A stretch of DNA of 63,307 nucleotides, the filler included, from Octopus bimaculoides (lineage: Eukaryota), in the NCBI RefSeq assembly GCF_001194135.2. It is 3 parts of 3 records of this genome, joined end to end, with 100 filler letters (N's around TTAATTAATTAA, not from the genome) between each part and the next. Parts side by side here need not be neighbours in the genome. Positions count along the whole stretch, not along the records: positions 1 to 31,729 come from NC_068987.1; 2 more parts are not named here. The stretch is one strand, 5' to 3'. The notes below the pieces were generated by a model. It saw nothing but the letters and a program-made list of their open reading frames with translations. It did no database searches and had not been told where the DNA came from. Shown here in pieces: positions 13,145 through 26,039 of this stretch (the first letter of the stretch is position 1; each line of letters opens with the position of its first letter). The position numbers and the translations under genes are program-made.

Positions 13145-13590
13145 GCTTGATAACAGATATCGGTTTGTTCAGATCATTATAATTTAACGGTTCGGCAAAA
13201 GCGACCGATGAAAAAATATCCAAACTTAAGTACTGGAGTCGATTTGCTCGACAAACCCCATGGTTCTCAACTATTTTTTTTTTCTAGCTATGGACCCCTT
13301 TGGTTACAATTTTATTTTGGTGGACACTCAGTCATTCGACGTTTAAAAATTTCTCACATTTAACTACGTAAAATATTTGAGAAGAAACTTGCAATACATA
13401 CCAATACACACCTCTAAAGCAAATTTTTTTCAGGGGTACTTAAAATACAATTGTGAATTCCCAAATTATTATTTTGTTATGTGGGACCTCAAAAACCTTA
13501 TATGGCCCCCTTATAGAACCCGGTTGAGAGCCATACCCTTCAAAGTGGTTCTCCAGCATAGCCGCAGTCTAACCACTGAAACAACTCAAA
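11985..13590 (+). mobile_element. SINE family A spanning an N gap and interrupted by a hAT MITE
   Basis: 5-prime half 11985-12130, internal microsatellite plus gap, 3-prime half 13140-13258, tail resumes at 13536 (cccttcaaagtggttctccagcatagccgcagtc). Confidence 0.75.
13259..13535 (+). mobile_element. hAT-type MITE inserted in the SINE A tail
   Basis: Imperfect TIRs catggttctcaac / ggttgagagccata; interior shares agtcattcgac and atatgg.cccc...cggttgaga with the element at 26635-27444. Confidence 0.7.
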
Positions 13591-13964
13591 GAGGGGGAAT
13601 CGATTAGATCGACCCCAGTGCGTGACTGGTACTTAATTTATCGACCCCGAAAGGATGAAAGGCAAACTCGATCTCGGCGGAATTTGAACTCAGAACGTAA
13701 AGACACGAAATACGGCTAAGCATTTCGCCCGGTGTGCTAACGTTTCTTATTTCTTTACTGCCCACAAGGGACTGCACACAGAGGGGACAAACAAAGGCAG
13801 ACAAACGGATTAAATCGATTACATCGACCCCAATGCGTAACTGGTATTTATTTAATCGACCCCGAAAGAATGAAAAGCAAAGTCGACCTCGGCAGAATTT
13901 GAACTCAGACGAAATACCGCTAAGCATTCCGCCCGGCGTCTAATGTTTCTGCCAGCTCGCTACC
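13591..13964 (-). mobile_element. Dimeric SINE B, second copy
   Basis: Reverse complement has the same arm junction aaagaaataag/aaacgttagcac as 7564-7989. Confidence 0.9.
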
Positions 13965-14009
13965 TTAATACAATTGAATATTGATATTAAGTACTCTTCA
14001 CAAGGCTCA

Positions 14010-14480
14010 GCGAAGGAGCTCCTACATGGTCGTACGATCAGCTAGATATAGCAACCAAATTTCTCTCAAATTACAGCCTACAAACCATTAACCCGAGCTC
14101 TTGAATGAGTTTCTCTATAGACACTTCCTCTGCTAGAAATAGCAGTCAATCTAGCTATCCCTTAAATCATATTCTTCAGTATAATCCAAGATACACGATG
14201 CCCTGAAAAAAAATATTTGATAGTTTATAGATGTAATGTCCATAATCACAAGTCCACCCGTTTAAGGCTGACTTGGGGCTCAAAACAACAACAACAATAA
14301 CAACAACAGCAAATAACACCGAACCAACGAGACGGCTAATTAAAGGCATTCTATGCGATATGTTTGTCTGCAAGAAAAAACAGCCAAATCTCCCTCGAAT
14401 CACACGATAACGTCTTTTGGAAACAAGCAAGGAACGTTGAATTAGAACAGTATTTACATAGTAATCATTGGTAGTCGCAT
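14010..14480 (+). mobile_element. Cluster of old repeat family E fragments
   Basis: Three degenerate copies of ctagaaatagcagccaaatctccctc and a ctgacttggggct..(AAC)n end. Confidence 0.5.
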
Positions 14481-14759
14481 GTATGCTGATGTCTCAGGAC
14501 ACTATACTGACTACGATTATCTCTACTATAATAACATTTAGTACAATAGTTTGTATTAGTACACTGTTGACATTTTCCATGTTCTGTAAAGTTGTGTTCA
14601 TCTCTCTCCACCTCACGTCTCTCTCTCTGTCCCGTCCCACTTCTTTCTCTCTCTCTCTCTTTCTCTCTCGCTTTCTCTCTCTCTTTCTCTCTCGCTTTCT
14701 CTCTCTCTCCGTATTTCTCTCTCACCTTCTTACCTGTCTCCCTTACTGTCTATCTGTCC

Positions 14760-14798
14760 CTACACACACACATCACACAAACCACATTCATATAATAC

Positions 14799-14839
<41 letters not shown>

Positions 14840-14952
14840 CATATATATACATATGCATATATATACATTTATATTTATATATATATATATACACACATAT
14901 ATATGCACACATATATATACATATATATATACACACACACNNNNNNNNNNAC

Positions 14953-14985
<33 letters not shown>

Positions 14986-15739
14986 TATATACATATATAT
15001 ATATATATGCATACACACACGCTAACAATCACGCAAACATACACACACACACCCAAGCATACACACCCTTGCACACATAACCCATATATACCCCCATTCA
15101 CACGTACCTCCCATACATCTAACACACACACAGACACACACACACCCATATATACGCGCACGCCTACATACACGTACATACACTGCCGCATACACATGCA
15201 CACACACACACACACACACAGGAGTGCACACACAAAATAACACACATACCTGGCACGCATCCTTACGCTCTCACACACATACGCACGCACACACACATAA
15301 ACACACACATACACATACGCACACACACACACACACCTCTCACATACACAAACACACACATACACATACACACATACACATACACACACATACACACACG
15401 CACACACACCTCTCACATACACAATACTCACTCACATACACAACACACACGCACACACGAAAACATACACAATATACACAGACATGCACGCANNNNNNNN
15501 NNTCACATACACAACACACACGCACACACGAAAACATACACAATATACACAGACATGCACGCACAAAAAATATACACACGCGCACACACACGCACACGGA
15601 CACACACATACAGACACACATAAAAACACACGCGCATACACACACACACGCACCCGTACCTAACACTCACAACCCCACACACATCACAATCCCACACACA
15701 CACGCACATCCACACACATACACACAGACACGCACACAC
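14760..15739. repeat. CA/TA-rich compound micro- and minisatellite
   Basis: Direct reading; contains 10-N joins with duplicated flanks. Confidence 0.9.
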
Positions 15740-16687
15740 NNNNNNNNNNNNNNNNNNNNNNNNNNNNNNNNNNNNNNNNNNNNNNNNNNNNNNNNNNNNN
15801 NNNNNNNNNNNNNNNNNNNNNNNNNNNNNNNNNNNNNNNNNNNNNNNNNNNNNNNNNNNNNNNNNNNNNNNNNNNNNNNNNNNNNNNNNNNNNNNNNNNN
15901 NNNNNNNNNNNNNNNNNNNNNNNNNNNNNNNNNNNNNNNNNNNNNNNNNNNNNNNNNNNNNNNNNNNNNNNNNNNNNNNNNNNNNNNNNNNNNNNNNNNN
16001 NNNNNNNNNNNNNNNNNNNNNNNNNNNNNNNNNNNNNNNNNNNNNNNNNNNNNNNNNNNNNNNNNNNNNNNNNNNNNNNNNNNNNNNNNNNNNNNNNNNN
16101 NNNNNNNNNNNNNNNNNNNNNNNNNNNNNNNNNNNNNNNNNNNNNNNNNNNNNNNNNNNNNNNNNNNNNNNNNNNNNNNNNNNNNNNNNNNNNNNNNNNN
16201 NNNNNNNNNNNNNNNNNNNNNNNNNNNNNNNNNNNNNNNNNNNNNNNNNNNNNNNNNNNNNNNNNNNNNNNNNNNNNNNNNNNNNNNNNNNNNNNNNNNN
16301 NNNNNNNNNNNNNNNNNNNNNNNNNNNNNNNNNNNNNNNNNNNNNNNNNNNNNNNNNNNNNNNNNNNNNNNNNNNNNNNNNNNNNNNNNNNNNNNNNNNN
16401 NNNNNNNNNNNNNNNNNNNNNNNNNNNNNNNNNNNNNNNNNNNNNNNNNNNNNNNNNNNNNNNNNNNNNNNNNNNNNNNNNNNNNACGTCCTCACTTTGT
16501 TGTTTTTTCGTTATTGTTTTTTGTGTTTTTTTAACTATATATATAGAGAGAGAAAGCAGTAAGTCGGCTAGTGAGTAGGGAGGATGCATATGTACAGAGA
16601 AAGGAGAACGAAATGGGATGGTACCGTGCACCGCTTAGAGTAACACGAAATAGCCATGAGTGTAAGTGTGTGTGTATTATGTATATG

Positions 16688-17070
16688 TGGAGGTGCAATG
16701 GCCCAGTGGTTAGGGCAGGGGACTCGCGGTCGTAGGATCGAAGTTTCGATTCCCAGACTGGGCATTGTGAGTGTTTATTGAGCGAAAACACCTAAAACTC
16801 CATGAGGCCTCGGCAGGGGGTGGTGGCGAACCCTGCTGTACTCCTTCACCACAACTTTCTCTCACTCTTACTTCCTGTTTCTGTTGTGCCTGTAATTCAA
16901 AGGGTCAGCCTTGTCACACTGTGTCACGCTGAATATCCCCGAGAACTACGTTAAGGGTACACGTGTCTGCGGAGTGCTCAGACACTTGCACGTTGATTTC
17001 ACGAGCAGGAGGCTGTTCTGTTGATCGGATCAACTGGAACCCTCGTCGTCGTAACCGACGGAGTGCCACG
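16688..17070 (+). mobile_element. SINE family C, full length with 12-bp TSD
   Basis: A box tggcccagtggtt, B box gtttcgattccc; attatgtatatg at 16676-16687 and 17071-17082. Confidence 0.92.
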
Positions 17071-17229
17071 ATTATGTATATGAGAAGAAGCTTTTCTCTT
17101 TTCTTTATGCATGTTTCATTGAATACATTCGTTTTAGATTTGTCATATTTTCGTAGTAACCATTTTGAAATTGCTAAGCAACTGCAGAGTTCCTACATCC
17201 ATATCCGATGTATCTAGTTCTTGTGTGTG

Positions 17230-17277
<48 letters not shown>

Positions 17278-17824
17278 TGTTATTGACATCTTGTAATCTA
17301 GATGAACCTTTTACATGGTCAGGATAACGGCAGCTAAAACGTCTCGCCCTCCGCTTTGATCCCACCAGTCTAGTGAAGAGAATGTTCTTCAAAAACCAAC
17401 AGAACCAAAACAGCAGCTGACAAAGTATGCATGATCCCATCGTAGGATCGACGGCTCCCTATAACAATAGCTAGAAATTCAAAAATATAAGCATTGTTGC
17501 TTGGTGTTCATTATAACACCAGTTTAGAGTCGGGTATTACTTAGGCGACATTGATGTACATCTCTAAAGCAAGATTATTTTTCTCGGGATTCTTTGGGTT
17601 TAGAATTGAGCGTGCTGGCAGTATTATGCAAGCAGCTCTTTAATTTAATTTTGCGCAGATATTTCACATTACTTTCGAAAACAATTTTTCCTTTTCAAGT
17701 TAGCTTAGGAGGAAAATAAGACAAATACACTGCAAACTAAATTTATAAAGTGAAACAAAATTTTTTAATATATTTAAAAGATTGCAAAGAAACAAATATA
17801 TCTCATAAATGAAAGTTACACACA

Positions 17825-17873
<49 letters not shown>

Positions 17874-18434
17874 GTATATATATATACACACACACAGATG
17901 TATATATATACACACACACATGTATCTATACACACACACACACACACATGTATACACACACACACACTCACATGTATATATACATGCACATACTCATACA
18001 TATGTATTGTGTGTGTGCATGTGTATGTATGTATGTATGGATAGATGGATTGAGTGAGTGTGTGTGTGTGTGTGTAATACACACATGCGTACACACACAC
18101 CCGTACACACATATTGCTTACGTCGTAAAAATTTAGAAACTTCGAGGGACGTAAAATATTTCATTTTTAGTAGTGGGACTCGAAGTAGATAAAGCTATAA
18201 ATAATAGCCTGTGTCAATTGGGTTGAAAAGTCGTGAAAACTAATCTGTTAAATTCTTAGATCTTACAGGTTTATATTCTTACACTGAGTCCCTATAACCC
18301 TCTTCAAACTATCTGTACACAATGCTTTTCAATCTGATGAAAACAATCTCTTTCGTTGGCCAAAAGGGAAGAAAATGGCAAATTCCTAGCTTTTGATTTG
18401 CTTCTGTCAATATAGCTTTGTAAGCTTTCGATAG

Positions 18435-18540
18435 GGTGACGTGACACCTTGGACAAGTGTCTTCTACTATAGCCTCGGGTCGACCAAAGCCTTGTGAGTG
18501 GATTTGGTAGACGAAAACTGAGAGAAGCCTGTCGTATATA

Positions 18541-18571
<31 letters not shown>

Positions 18572-18677
18572 TTGTGTGTATTTTTGTGTCTGTGTTTGTC
18601 CCCCTACCATCACTTGACAACCGATGTTGGTGTGTTTACGTCCCCGTAAATTAGCGGTTCGGCAAAAAACCGATATA
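18435..18677 (+). mobile_element. SINE family A, internal portion
   Basis: gacaccttggacaagtgtcttctactatagcctcggg...ttgtgagtggatttggtagacg...cacttgacaaccgatg; runs into a gap. Confidence 0.85.
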
Positions 18678-18929
18678 NNNNNNNNNNNNNNNNNNNNNNN
18701 NNNNNNNNNNNNNNNNNNNNNNNNNNNNNNNNNNNNNNNNNNNNNNNNNNNNNNNNNNNNNNNNNNNNNNNNNNNNNNNNNNNNNNNNNNNNNNNNNNNN
18801 NNNNNNNNNNNNNNNNNNNNNNNNNNNNNNNNNNNNNNNNNNNNNNNNNNNNNNNNNNNNNNNNNNNNNNNNNNNNNNNNNNNNNNNNNNNNNNNNNNNN
18901 NNNNNNNNNNNNNNNNNNNNNNNNNNNNN

Positions 18930-18960
<31 letters not shown>

Positions 18961-18963
18961 AGT

Positions 18964-19194
18964 ATTGGCGAGCTGGCAGAAACGTTAGCACGCCGGGCGA
19001 AATGCTTAGCGGTATTTCGTCTGCCGCTACGTTCTGAGTTCAAATTCCGACGAGGTCGACTTTGCCTTTCATCCTTTCGGGGTCGATTAAATAAGTACCA
19101 GTTACGAACTGGGGTCGATATAATCGACTTAATCCGTTTGTCTGTCCTTGTTTGTCCCCTCTGTGTGTAGCCCCTTGTGGGTAGTAAAGAAATA
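18964..19194 (+). mobile_element. SINE B monomer, left-arm type
   Basis: Head plus body plus tail gtctgtccttgtttgtcccctctgtgtgtagccccttgtgggtagtaaagaaata; cagtattgg(c/t)gag repeated at both ends. Confidence 0.9.
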
Positions 19195-19681
19195 ACACAG
19201 TATTGGTGAGATTCCTTGGAAACTACCTTGGCTCACATCAGTGCCTGTGGTAGAAGAGGCGAAACTAGAAGAAAGCTATAAGCGAATATCATATTTCATG
19301 CGTGTAAAAACAACTATTATCAGAAAGTATGATACATTTTTAGTACAAGATGTTTTTGTATATACGGGCAATTGAAATGCTCCAATTTAAAACAAGGAAA
19401 TAAGCCAAATTTCATGAAATGCAGATGAAAAAGCAAGAAAGGACCACCAGCCTTGTGTTGCATGAAACAATGAGGGAGTCTATACTGAAGGGTATGCCTA
19501 CGGTTGTTGTTTTTGTTGTTGTTGTTGTCGTTGTCGTTGTTTTGTTTGGTTTTGCAGCCGCGTGGTTTCCAGTTTGATCCGGCTGCCCAGCAACTGCCCA
19601 GCAATTGGTCTCAACTTCAAAGCCTCGGTTGGACAAATATTTTGTGAGTGGAATTTTGTATGCTCAAGATGAATATAGATA

Positions 19682-20084
19682 GGCGCAAGAGTGGCTGCGT
19701 GGTAAGTAGCTTGCTTACCAACCACATGGTTCCGGGTTCATTCCCACTGCGTGGCACCTTGGGCAAGTGTCTTCTACTATAGCCTCGGGCCGATCAAAGC
19801 CTTGTGAATGGATTTGGTAGACGGAAACTGAAAGAAGCCCGTCGTATATATGTATATATATATATATATGTATGTGTGTGCATTTGTTTGTGTGTCTGTG
19901 TTTGTCCCCCCACCATCGCTTGACAACCGAAGCTGGTGTGTTTATGTCCCCGTAACTTAGCGGTTCGGCAAAATGGACCGATAGAATAAGTACTAGGCTT
20001 CCAAAGAATAAGTCCTGGGGTCAATTTGCTCGACTAAAGGTGGTACTCCAGCATGGCCACAATCAAATGACTGAAACAAGTAAA
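19682..20084 (+). mobile_element. SINE family A, full-length reference copy
   Basis: ggcgcaagagtggctgcgtggtaag (A box), gggttcattccc (B box), CCTTGGGCAAG domain, internal microsatellite, tail ...gactgaaacaagtaaa. Confidence 0.92.
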
Positions 20085-20904
20085 CTGCCAAACATTTGAA
20101 CCTCACATAAAGAGCCCAGTCACCTACAAAACCTCAACAGCTACAACAACAACAATTAGCGTAATCCTCATAATAATAATTTTTGCGGTGGATGGAAGAC
20201 TCCGCCCATTCTTTTTTCCTTTTATTTATTATTTTTTTTTTTAACTAATTACGATAACAGTGGCTCCTCCTAACGGGCACAGCAACACTAATTATATTTT
20301 TGACTAAATACAAAGCAATTTTGAAAGAGGAGGTGCTAGGATAGACTGAATCAATCAGTACGTTCTTTCTTTATAAAAGGGTATCTGTTCAGCCAGATTC
20401 GCAATATAATCAGCGAAGCATTAAATTACAACCTTGTAACCTGTCTGTCTAATATGGTGTCATTTCATGGAGTTAGTTGACAGGCAACCTGCTTCAACCT
20501 TGCTTCAAGCTTAATTCCCTCTCCACCCCTTACATTGTTATTAGCAATGTCGCGCGCAAATGGAAGGAAAATGAGTCTTTGGTAGCGCTTAACCACATTC
20601 CCGGTAATAAAAGCTATTAATTCTCCCTCTGGCTCTTCATTTAACATCAACTGGGCCTTGTAGTGGGGGTAAAAGGTAACGGCAGCGTCTTTTATTTATT
20701 TATTTATTTTTTGCTTGCGGTTTCATATTTTTCTTCTTTGCAACGTAATCGTAATCCCACCCATTTTAGGGGCTGGTATAATATAATCCATACACGTGAC
20801 GCACTTTGGCGGTTAGCTGTCGTAAGGGACGTAATCACTTCCAGATTAATTCAGGAGGGATAGGAAGTTTAATTTTTTGAATTTTATTTAAATCAGAGTA
20901 ATGA

Positions 20905-21050
20905 AGACACGGTTGTGTGGTAAGAAGATTGCTTCCCGACCACATAGTACCTGGTTTAGTCCCGCTGCGTGACACCTTGGACAAATGTATTCGACCGACC
21001 AAAACTTTGCGAGTGGATTTAGCAGACGGAAACTGAAAGAAGCCCGTCAC
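20905..21050 (+). mobile_element. SINE family A, 5-prime half
   Basis: gtgtggtaagaag...gacaccttggacaaatg...ggaaactgaaagaagcccgt. Confidence 0.8.
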
Positions 21051-21132
21051 ACACACACACACACATATATATGTGTATATAGCGTCAATGTATCATTTAT
21101 CCGGAAAAGAATCACGCTCTAAAGCACAGAGT

Positions 21133-21365
21133 TCAAATTCCGCCGAGGTCAACTTTGCCTTTCATCCTTTCAGGGTCGATAAATTAAGTACCAGATGCGT
21201 ACTGGAGTCGATCTAATTGACTGGCCCCTTCCCCCAAAATTTCGAGCCTTGTGCCTAGAGTAGAAAAAAAAAGTACTGGGGTAGATTCAATCAACTAAAA
21301 GAAGAATTCTTCAAGGCGGTACTCCAGTATGGCTGCAGTCTAATGACTGAAAGAAGAAAAGGATA
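21133..21365 (+). mobile_element. SINE B (right-arm type, truncated) followed by a SINE A tail
   Basis: gagttcaaattccgccgagg...ccttgtgcctagagtagaaaa, then cttcaaggcggtactccagtatggctgcagtc. Confidence 0.8.
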
Positions 21366-21796
21366 AACAATAAAATGGTGTCCACATTAAATATTTCTTT
21401 TCTTATATATTCTAAAGATCTTGAAATTTATAGTCGTAAAGTAATATAATATAATTGATTATTCGGATACCAATTATTTGACTTGGTGCTATATTTTATC
21501 GAACGCATAAAAATGAAATGTTTAGTTTCTTCCTGTGGGATTTGAACTCTCAACATTAAGAGATGCAGCTAAATACCACAGAGCATTTTGTCTCGTAAAT
21601 CAGCGAGTCTACTAACCTTGTTTTACTGAAACTGAGAATCGTCCACCGTCTCGACTACCATATTCAACATTTCATACGATATATATCACCATAGCCATTC
21701 TTTGAAATATGCACCCAACCCAAAATATATCTCAAACAGTCGATGTGATTGGTTAATAAAGAGGACACACACGCACACACAAACTTTACATCAGAG

Positions 21797-21860
21797 TTTC
21801 CCAACCTGGAGTCCGCAGTCACTTGGAAATCTCCAACTGGGAACTCGTGAACTGTGTTCA
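21797..21860 (+). mobile_element. Possible hAT MITE left end
   Basis: cagagtttcccaacctggagtccg resembles hAT-type TIR starts; matching right end not found (may lie in the gap). Confidence 0.3.
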
Positions 21861-22414
21861 AAGTAAAAGGATTACCGAGTAAGTAATTAATGTTGTAAAT
21901 AGCTATTTTCAGTTTGTCGTTGATAAATTTGGCACTCTTGTCAATTCAAAGTAAAATTGTCTTATCGGAATATCAACAGATTTTCCGCTTCCAATTCTGA
22001 TATCTGATTGCTTTTAAATTTAGACAGAAACTCTTTTAATTGTAATCAATCACCGAAGCGTAATTGACATCTCTAATTNNNNNNNNNNNNNNNNNNNNNN
22101 NNNNNNNNNNNNNNNNNNNNNNNNNNNNNNNNNNNNNNNNNNNNNNNNNNNNNNNNNNNNNNNNNNNNNNNNNNNNNNNNNNNNNNNNNNNNNNNNNNNN
22201 NNNNNNNNNNNNNNNNNNNNNNNNNNNNNNNNNNNNNNNNNNNNNNNNNNNNNNNNNNNNNNNNNNNNNNNNNNNNNNNNNNNNNNNNNNNNNNNNNNNN
22301 NNNNNNNNNNNNNNNNNNNNNNNNNNNNNNNNNNNNNNNNNNNNNNNNNNNNNNNNNNNNNNNNNNNNNNNNNNNNNNNNNNNNNNNNNNNNNNNNNNNN
22401 NNNNNNNNNNNNNN

Positions 22415-22766
22415 GACGTCGAGGGTTCCAGTTGATCCGATCAACGGAACAGCCTGCTCGTAAAATTAACGTGCAAGTGGCTGAGCACTCCACAGACACG
22501 TGTACCGTTAACGTAGTTCTCGGGGATATTCAGTGTGAGACAGTGTGACAAGGCTGACCCTTTGAATTGCATACACAAGAGAAACAGGAAGTAAGTGTGA
22601 GAGAAAGTTGTGGTGAAAGAGTACAGCAGGGTTCGCCACCATCCCTTGCCGGATCCTCGTGGAGCTTTAGGTGTTTTCGCTCAATAAACACTCACAACGC
22701 CCGGTCTGGGAATCGAAAACGCGATCAAATGACCGCGAGTCCGCTGCCCTAACCATTGCGCCTCCA
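22415..22766 (-). mobile_element. SINE family C
   Basis: Reverse complement colinear with 16688-17070; 3-prime end hidden in a gap. Confidence 0.9.
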
Positions 22767-22949
22767 CATACATACATACATACATACATGGAGACAGACA
22801 AACAGGCAGGTAGACAGGCAGACAAAGAGGCTGCTGCCTCGTTCTCGAGTATAACCATCGCTTGAAGCATTTCAGAATCGGTCTCATGTGTAGCAACACA
22901 GGTGTGACTTTTTAAAGCGGCAAGTGACCTACGCTCTTTGGATCAGATC

Positions 22950-22998
<49 letters not shown>

Positions 22999-23443
22999 AC
23001 TCACATTTCTATCAATAATTGCATGTCGACGTGACAATCTCAAGAAGCTAGGGTTTTCATAAAATGAAGTCAAGCAACTAATTCACACATTGCAAATATA
23101 ATCTGTAAGCGGAACATTAAAGATATGCAAGACTTTTCTCAAATTTAAAACGTAAATTTGTTTTTGTTATCTACATTCCAACGGTGGAGCTTTGTATCTT
23201 TATCAGAAGTCAGCTTCTCCTTTGCAGGAAGATTTCAAATACCTAAAAGTCCAAGAGAACATACATGCATATATATACAAACAAAGACACATTCTCGGGA
23301 CACAAACAAACAAACACATGTGCAATACGCACCTCCACACACACACACACACACATACACACACTCGCGTGCATGCGCTGTTTTTAAGTTGCTGCTAACA
23401 CAGTGTCTTAAAGGTAGCAAGCCGGAAATTACATACTTATATA

Positions 23444-23622
23444 CCGTATTTTAACGTTTATAAGGAACCCTCGTGTGTAAGGAACGCCTTAAATTAGGGG
23501 GCTTAAAATTTGGAATAATGGTTTTGTAAGGGATTATTATACTATCCATGTGTAAGAAATTCCCATATTTTTTAAACCCAATTTTTGACAAAAATGGGTT
23601 CCTTATAAACGTTAAAATACGG
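23444..23622. mobile_element. Tc1/mariner-superfamily (pogo-like) MITE
   Basis: Perfect 27-bp TIRs ccgtattttaacgtttataaggaaccc (23444-23470) and its reverse complement (23596-23622); TA on both flanks. Confidence 0.9.
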
Positions 23623-23744
23623 TATATATATGTATATATATGTGTGTGTGTAGTGTATTGTGTTATACATATATGAGTGTGTGTGTGTCCGTGTGTCCAT
23701 TTATGTATATATTATATTTGAAATAAGAATGACAAATATTTATT

Positions 23745-24110
23745 TAAGGATATTGCAAACTCTTTTTCTCGATAATTGTCAAAGCATTCGCATTTTTGGT
23801 AACGCTTCTGCATCTTCAGCCAGTATCTTAGAGTCACAAGCGTTTCAACCCTTACCCTACATGCTTCGCCGGAGGGGGCAACGAAAACTGAATAAATAAA
23901 CTTTCGCATGAAGAAGAGTTCCACCTGCAGTCTCTCTTCAACCACAACTAGCTTGAGGTGGCCTTAGCCGCCGGGGTTATCTCTTAAGTAACTTTCTTCA
24001 AATGGTTTGGTTCCAAAGCGATCTTCTGCAAGAAATGGCTCACTGATCTCGCTGGGAGACTGCAGGAACTGACGCCAGTGGAGAATAAAGCTGCGTGCCA
24101 TCTTTTGACA
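23745..24110 (-). mobile_element. Decayed hAT (Buster/Charlie-like) transposase N-terminal fragment
   Basis: Frameshifted minus-strand pieces ALEPNHLKK, VELFFMRK, HVG..VETLV and (L)DN..SRKRVCNI resemble in order the Buster-type motifs KPNKLKRH, PLEFFERK, HTIGETLI and LSDNTVSRRI. Confidence 0.55.
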
Positions 24111-24956
24111 AAAACTTAATATATTGTGTGCCATGTATGCACATACGTGTGTGTGTGTGTGTACGCACGATACACACAAATGCACACGGTCACACATATA
24201 TATGTGTGTATGCATGTATATGAATGTATGTATTTATATGTGTGTATGTATACACGCATATACATATCTATCAATCAATCACTCAATCTATCTATCTATC
24301 TATCTCTCTATCTATCTATAATATATATATANNNNNNNNNNNNNNNNNNNNNNNNNNNNNNNNNNNNNNNNNNNNNNNNNNNNNNNNNNNNNNNNNNNNN
24401 NNNNNNNNNNNNNNNNNNNNNNNNNNNNNNNNNNNNNNNNNNNNNNNNNNNNNNNNNNNNNNNNNNNNNNNNNNNNNNNNNNNNNNNNNNNNNNNNNNNN
24501 NNNNNNNNNNNNNNNNNNNNNNNNNTTTATATTTTTCCTCATTCATTGATATTCTTGCCATCTCCTCACCATCTGCCTCTATCTATTCACTCAAGCACAT
24601 ACAAGCTATCTGAGAGACTGCTTTAACTGAAATCCTTTCTATTTTATTACCAGACATGCATGTAGATTCTGTCTCAGCTCACTACGTTTTCTTTCGACAC
24701 CCCCTGCCCAAACCCCACCCCCCTGTTCTCTGAACTGTGATCATTTCTGTCTGCCAATTCTTCTTTCTTTCCTTCATTCTTCATTTTTTTTTTTTTTTTC
24801 ATGGCATTCCTTCCAATCTCTTTAACACATCTGCAAGCCCATTTTAAAGAAGTTTTATAAATCATGGCACCATAATATTTTGCTCCAAATATAGTTTTGC
24901 TTGCCGCCTTTCTCTTTTTATTATTATTATTTTTGCTTTGTATGTATTTTGTATTG

Positions 24957-24992
<36 letters not shown>

Positions 24993-25082
24993 GGTTGTTG
25001 TTAAAAATGATAATAATAATGATGACGATTATGATGATTTCATTCATTTGCCACCAGGGCAACGGATGACGATGACACGATG

Positions 25083-25129
<47 letters not shown>

Positions 25130-25836
25130 GATGATGATGATGATGATATTTTGCGATATCGTTTTCTACTGGTTATTTAAATATCCCATAATTATATCCA
25201 ACTTTAAGAAGAGGAACGAAAATGTGAAGGAAAAAAAAACAAGAAGAAGAAGAAGAAGAAGAAGAAGAAGAAGAAGACCACCACCAACAACAGCAGCAGC
25301 AGAAGAGGAACAACAACAACAACAAAGAAGCAAATGATATGGCTCTCTGTATTTTTGTCATTTTCGTGACTGCAACCAATAATTATATTATATGGAATGA
25401 ATTTTAATATGCTCTGAGAATCCTGCAGCTACAACAACGACGCCTTGTATTTTTTCAGAATGACGAGTAAGAGCAAATAGAAAATAAATTTCCTGTTATT
25501 ATTGACAATCTTTCACTACCGTAAATAAGTAATCACAAATGATGATTCAGCAGATAATCTGTAATATATGATGAGTCAACAGATTATCAATAATTTTCGA
25601 TGGTAACGTTCGCTGGGGCACACAGACACATACATTACATTGTATATTTGATTTCGTGGTCAACGATTTCGCTTCAGCTACTGAGTGTTTTAATTCAGAC
25701 GATGTATCTCACTCACATTTGCTGCTATCATTAAATATTTACTGCTATCATTAAATACTGTGTTTGTTATGAATCAAAAGGTTTTATAACATAGTCTTAT
25801 AATGATAGTTGACAAAACTGTCATTCTGTCGTTTAC

Positions 25837-25993
25837 CATGATGACGAGGGTTTCAGTTGATCCAATCAACGGAACAGCCTGTTCGTGAAATTAACGTGCA
25901 AGTGGCTGAGCACCCCACAGACACTCGTACCCTTAATATAGTGCTCGGAGATTCAGCGTGAAACAATGTAACAGGGCTGACCCTTTGAATTGC
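25837..25993 (-). mobile_element. Isolated C/D-type SINE tail
   Basis: gagggtttcagttgatcc...aacgtgcaagtggctgagcac...gaccctttgaattgc. Confidence 0.8.
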
Positions 25994-26039
25994 AGTTATA
26001 ACTCGTTCTTGGACTGGGGCAGTGTGAAATGACTGGCAA

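Noticed and set aside
16688-16760. tRNA-like A and B boxes (also in heads of families A, B, D, F)
   Set aside because: These are SINE heads followed by SINE bodies, not tRNA genes
25540-25685. Two AUGAUGA (box C-like) motifs and a distant CUGA suggesting a C/D snoRNA
   Set aside because: No D-prime box, no terminal stem and excessive spacing
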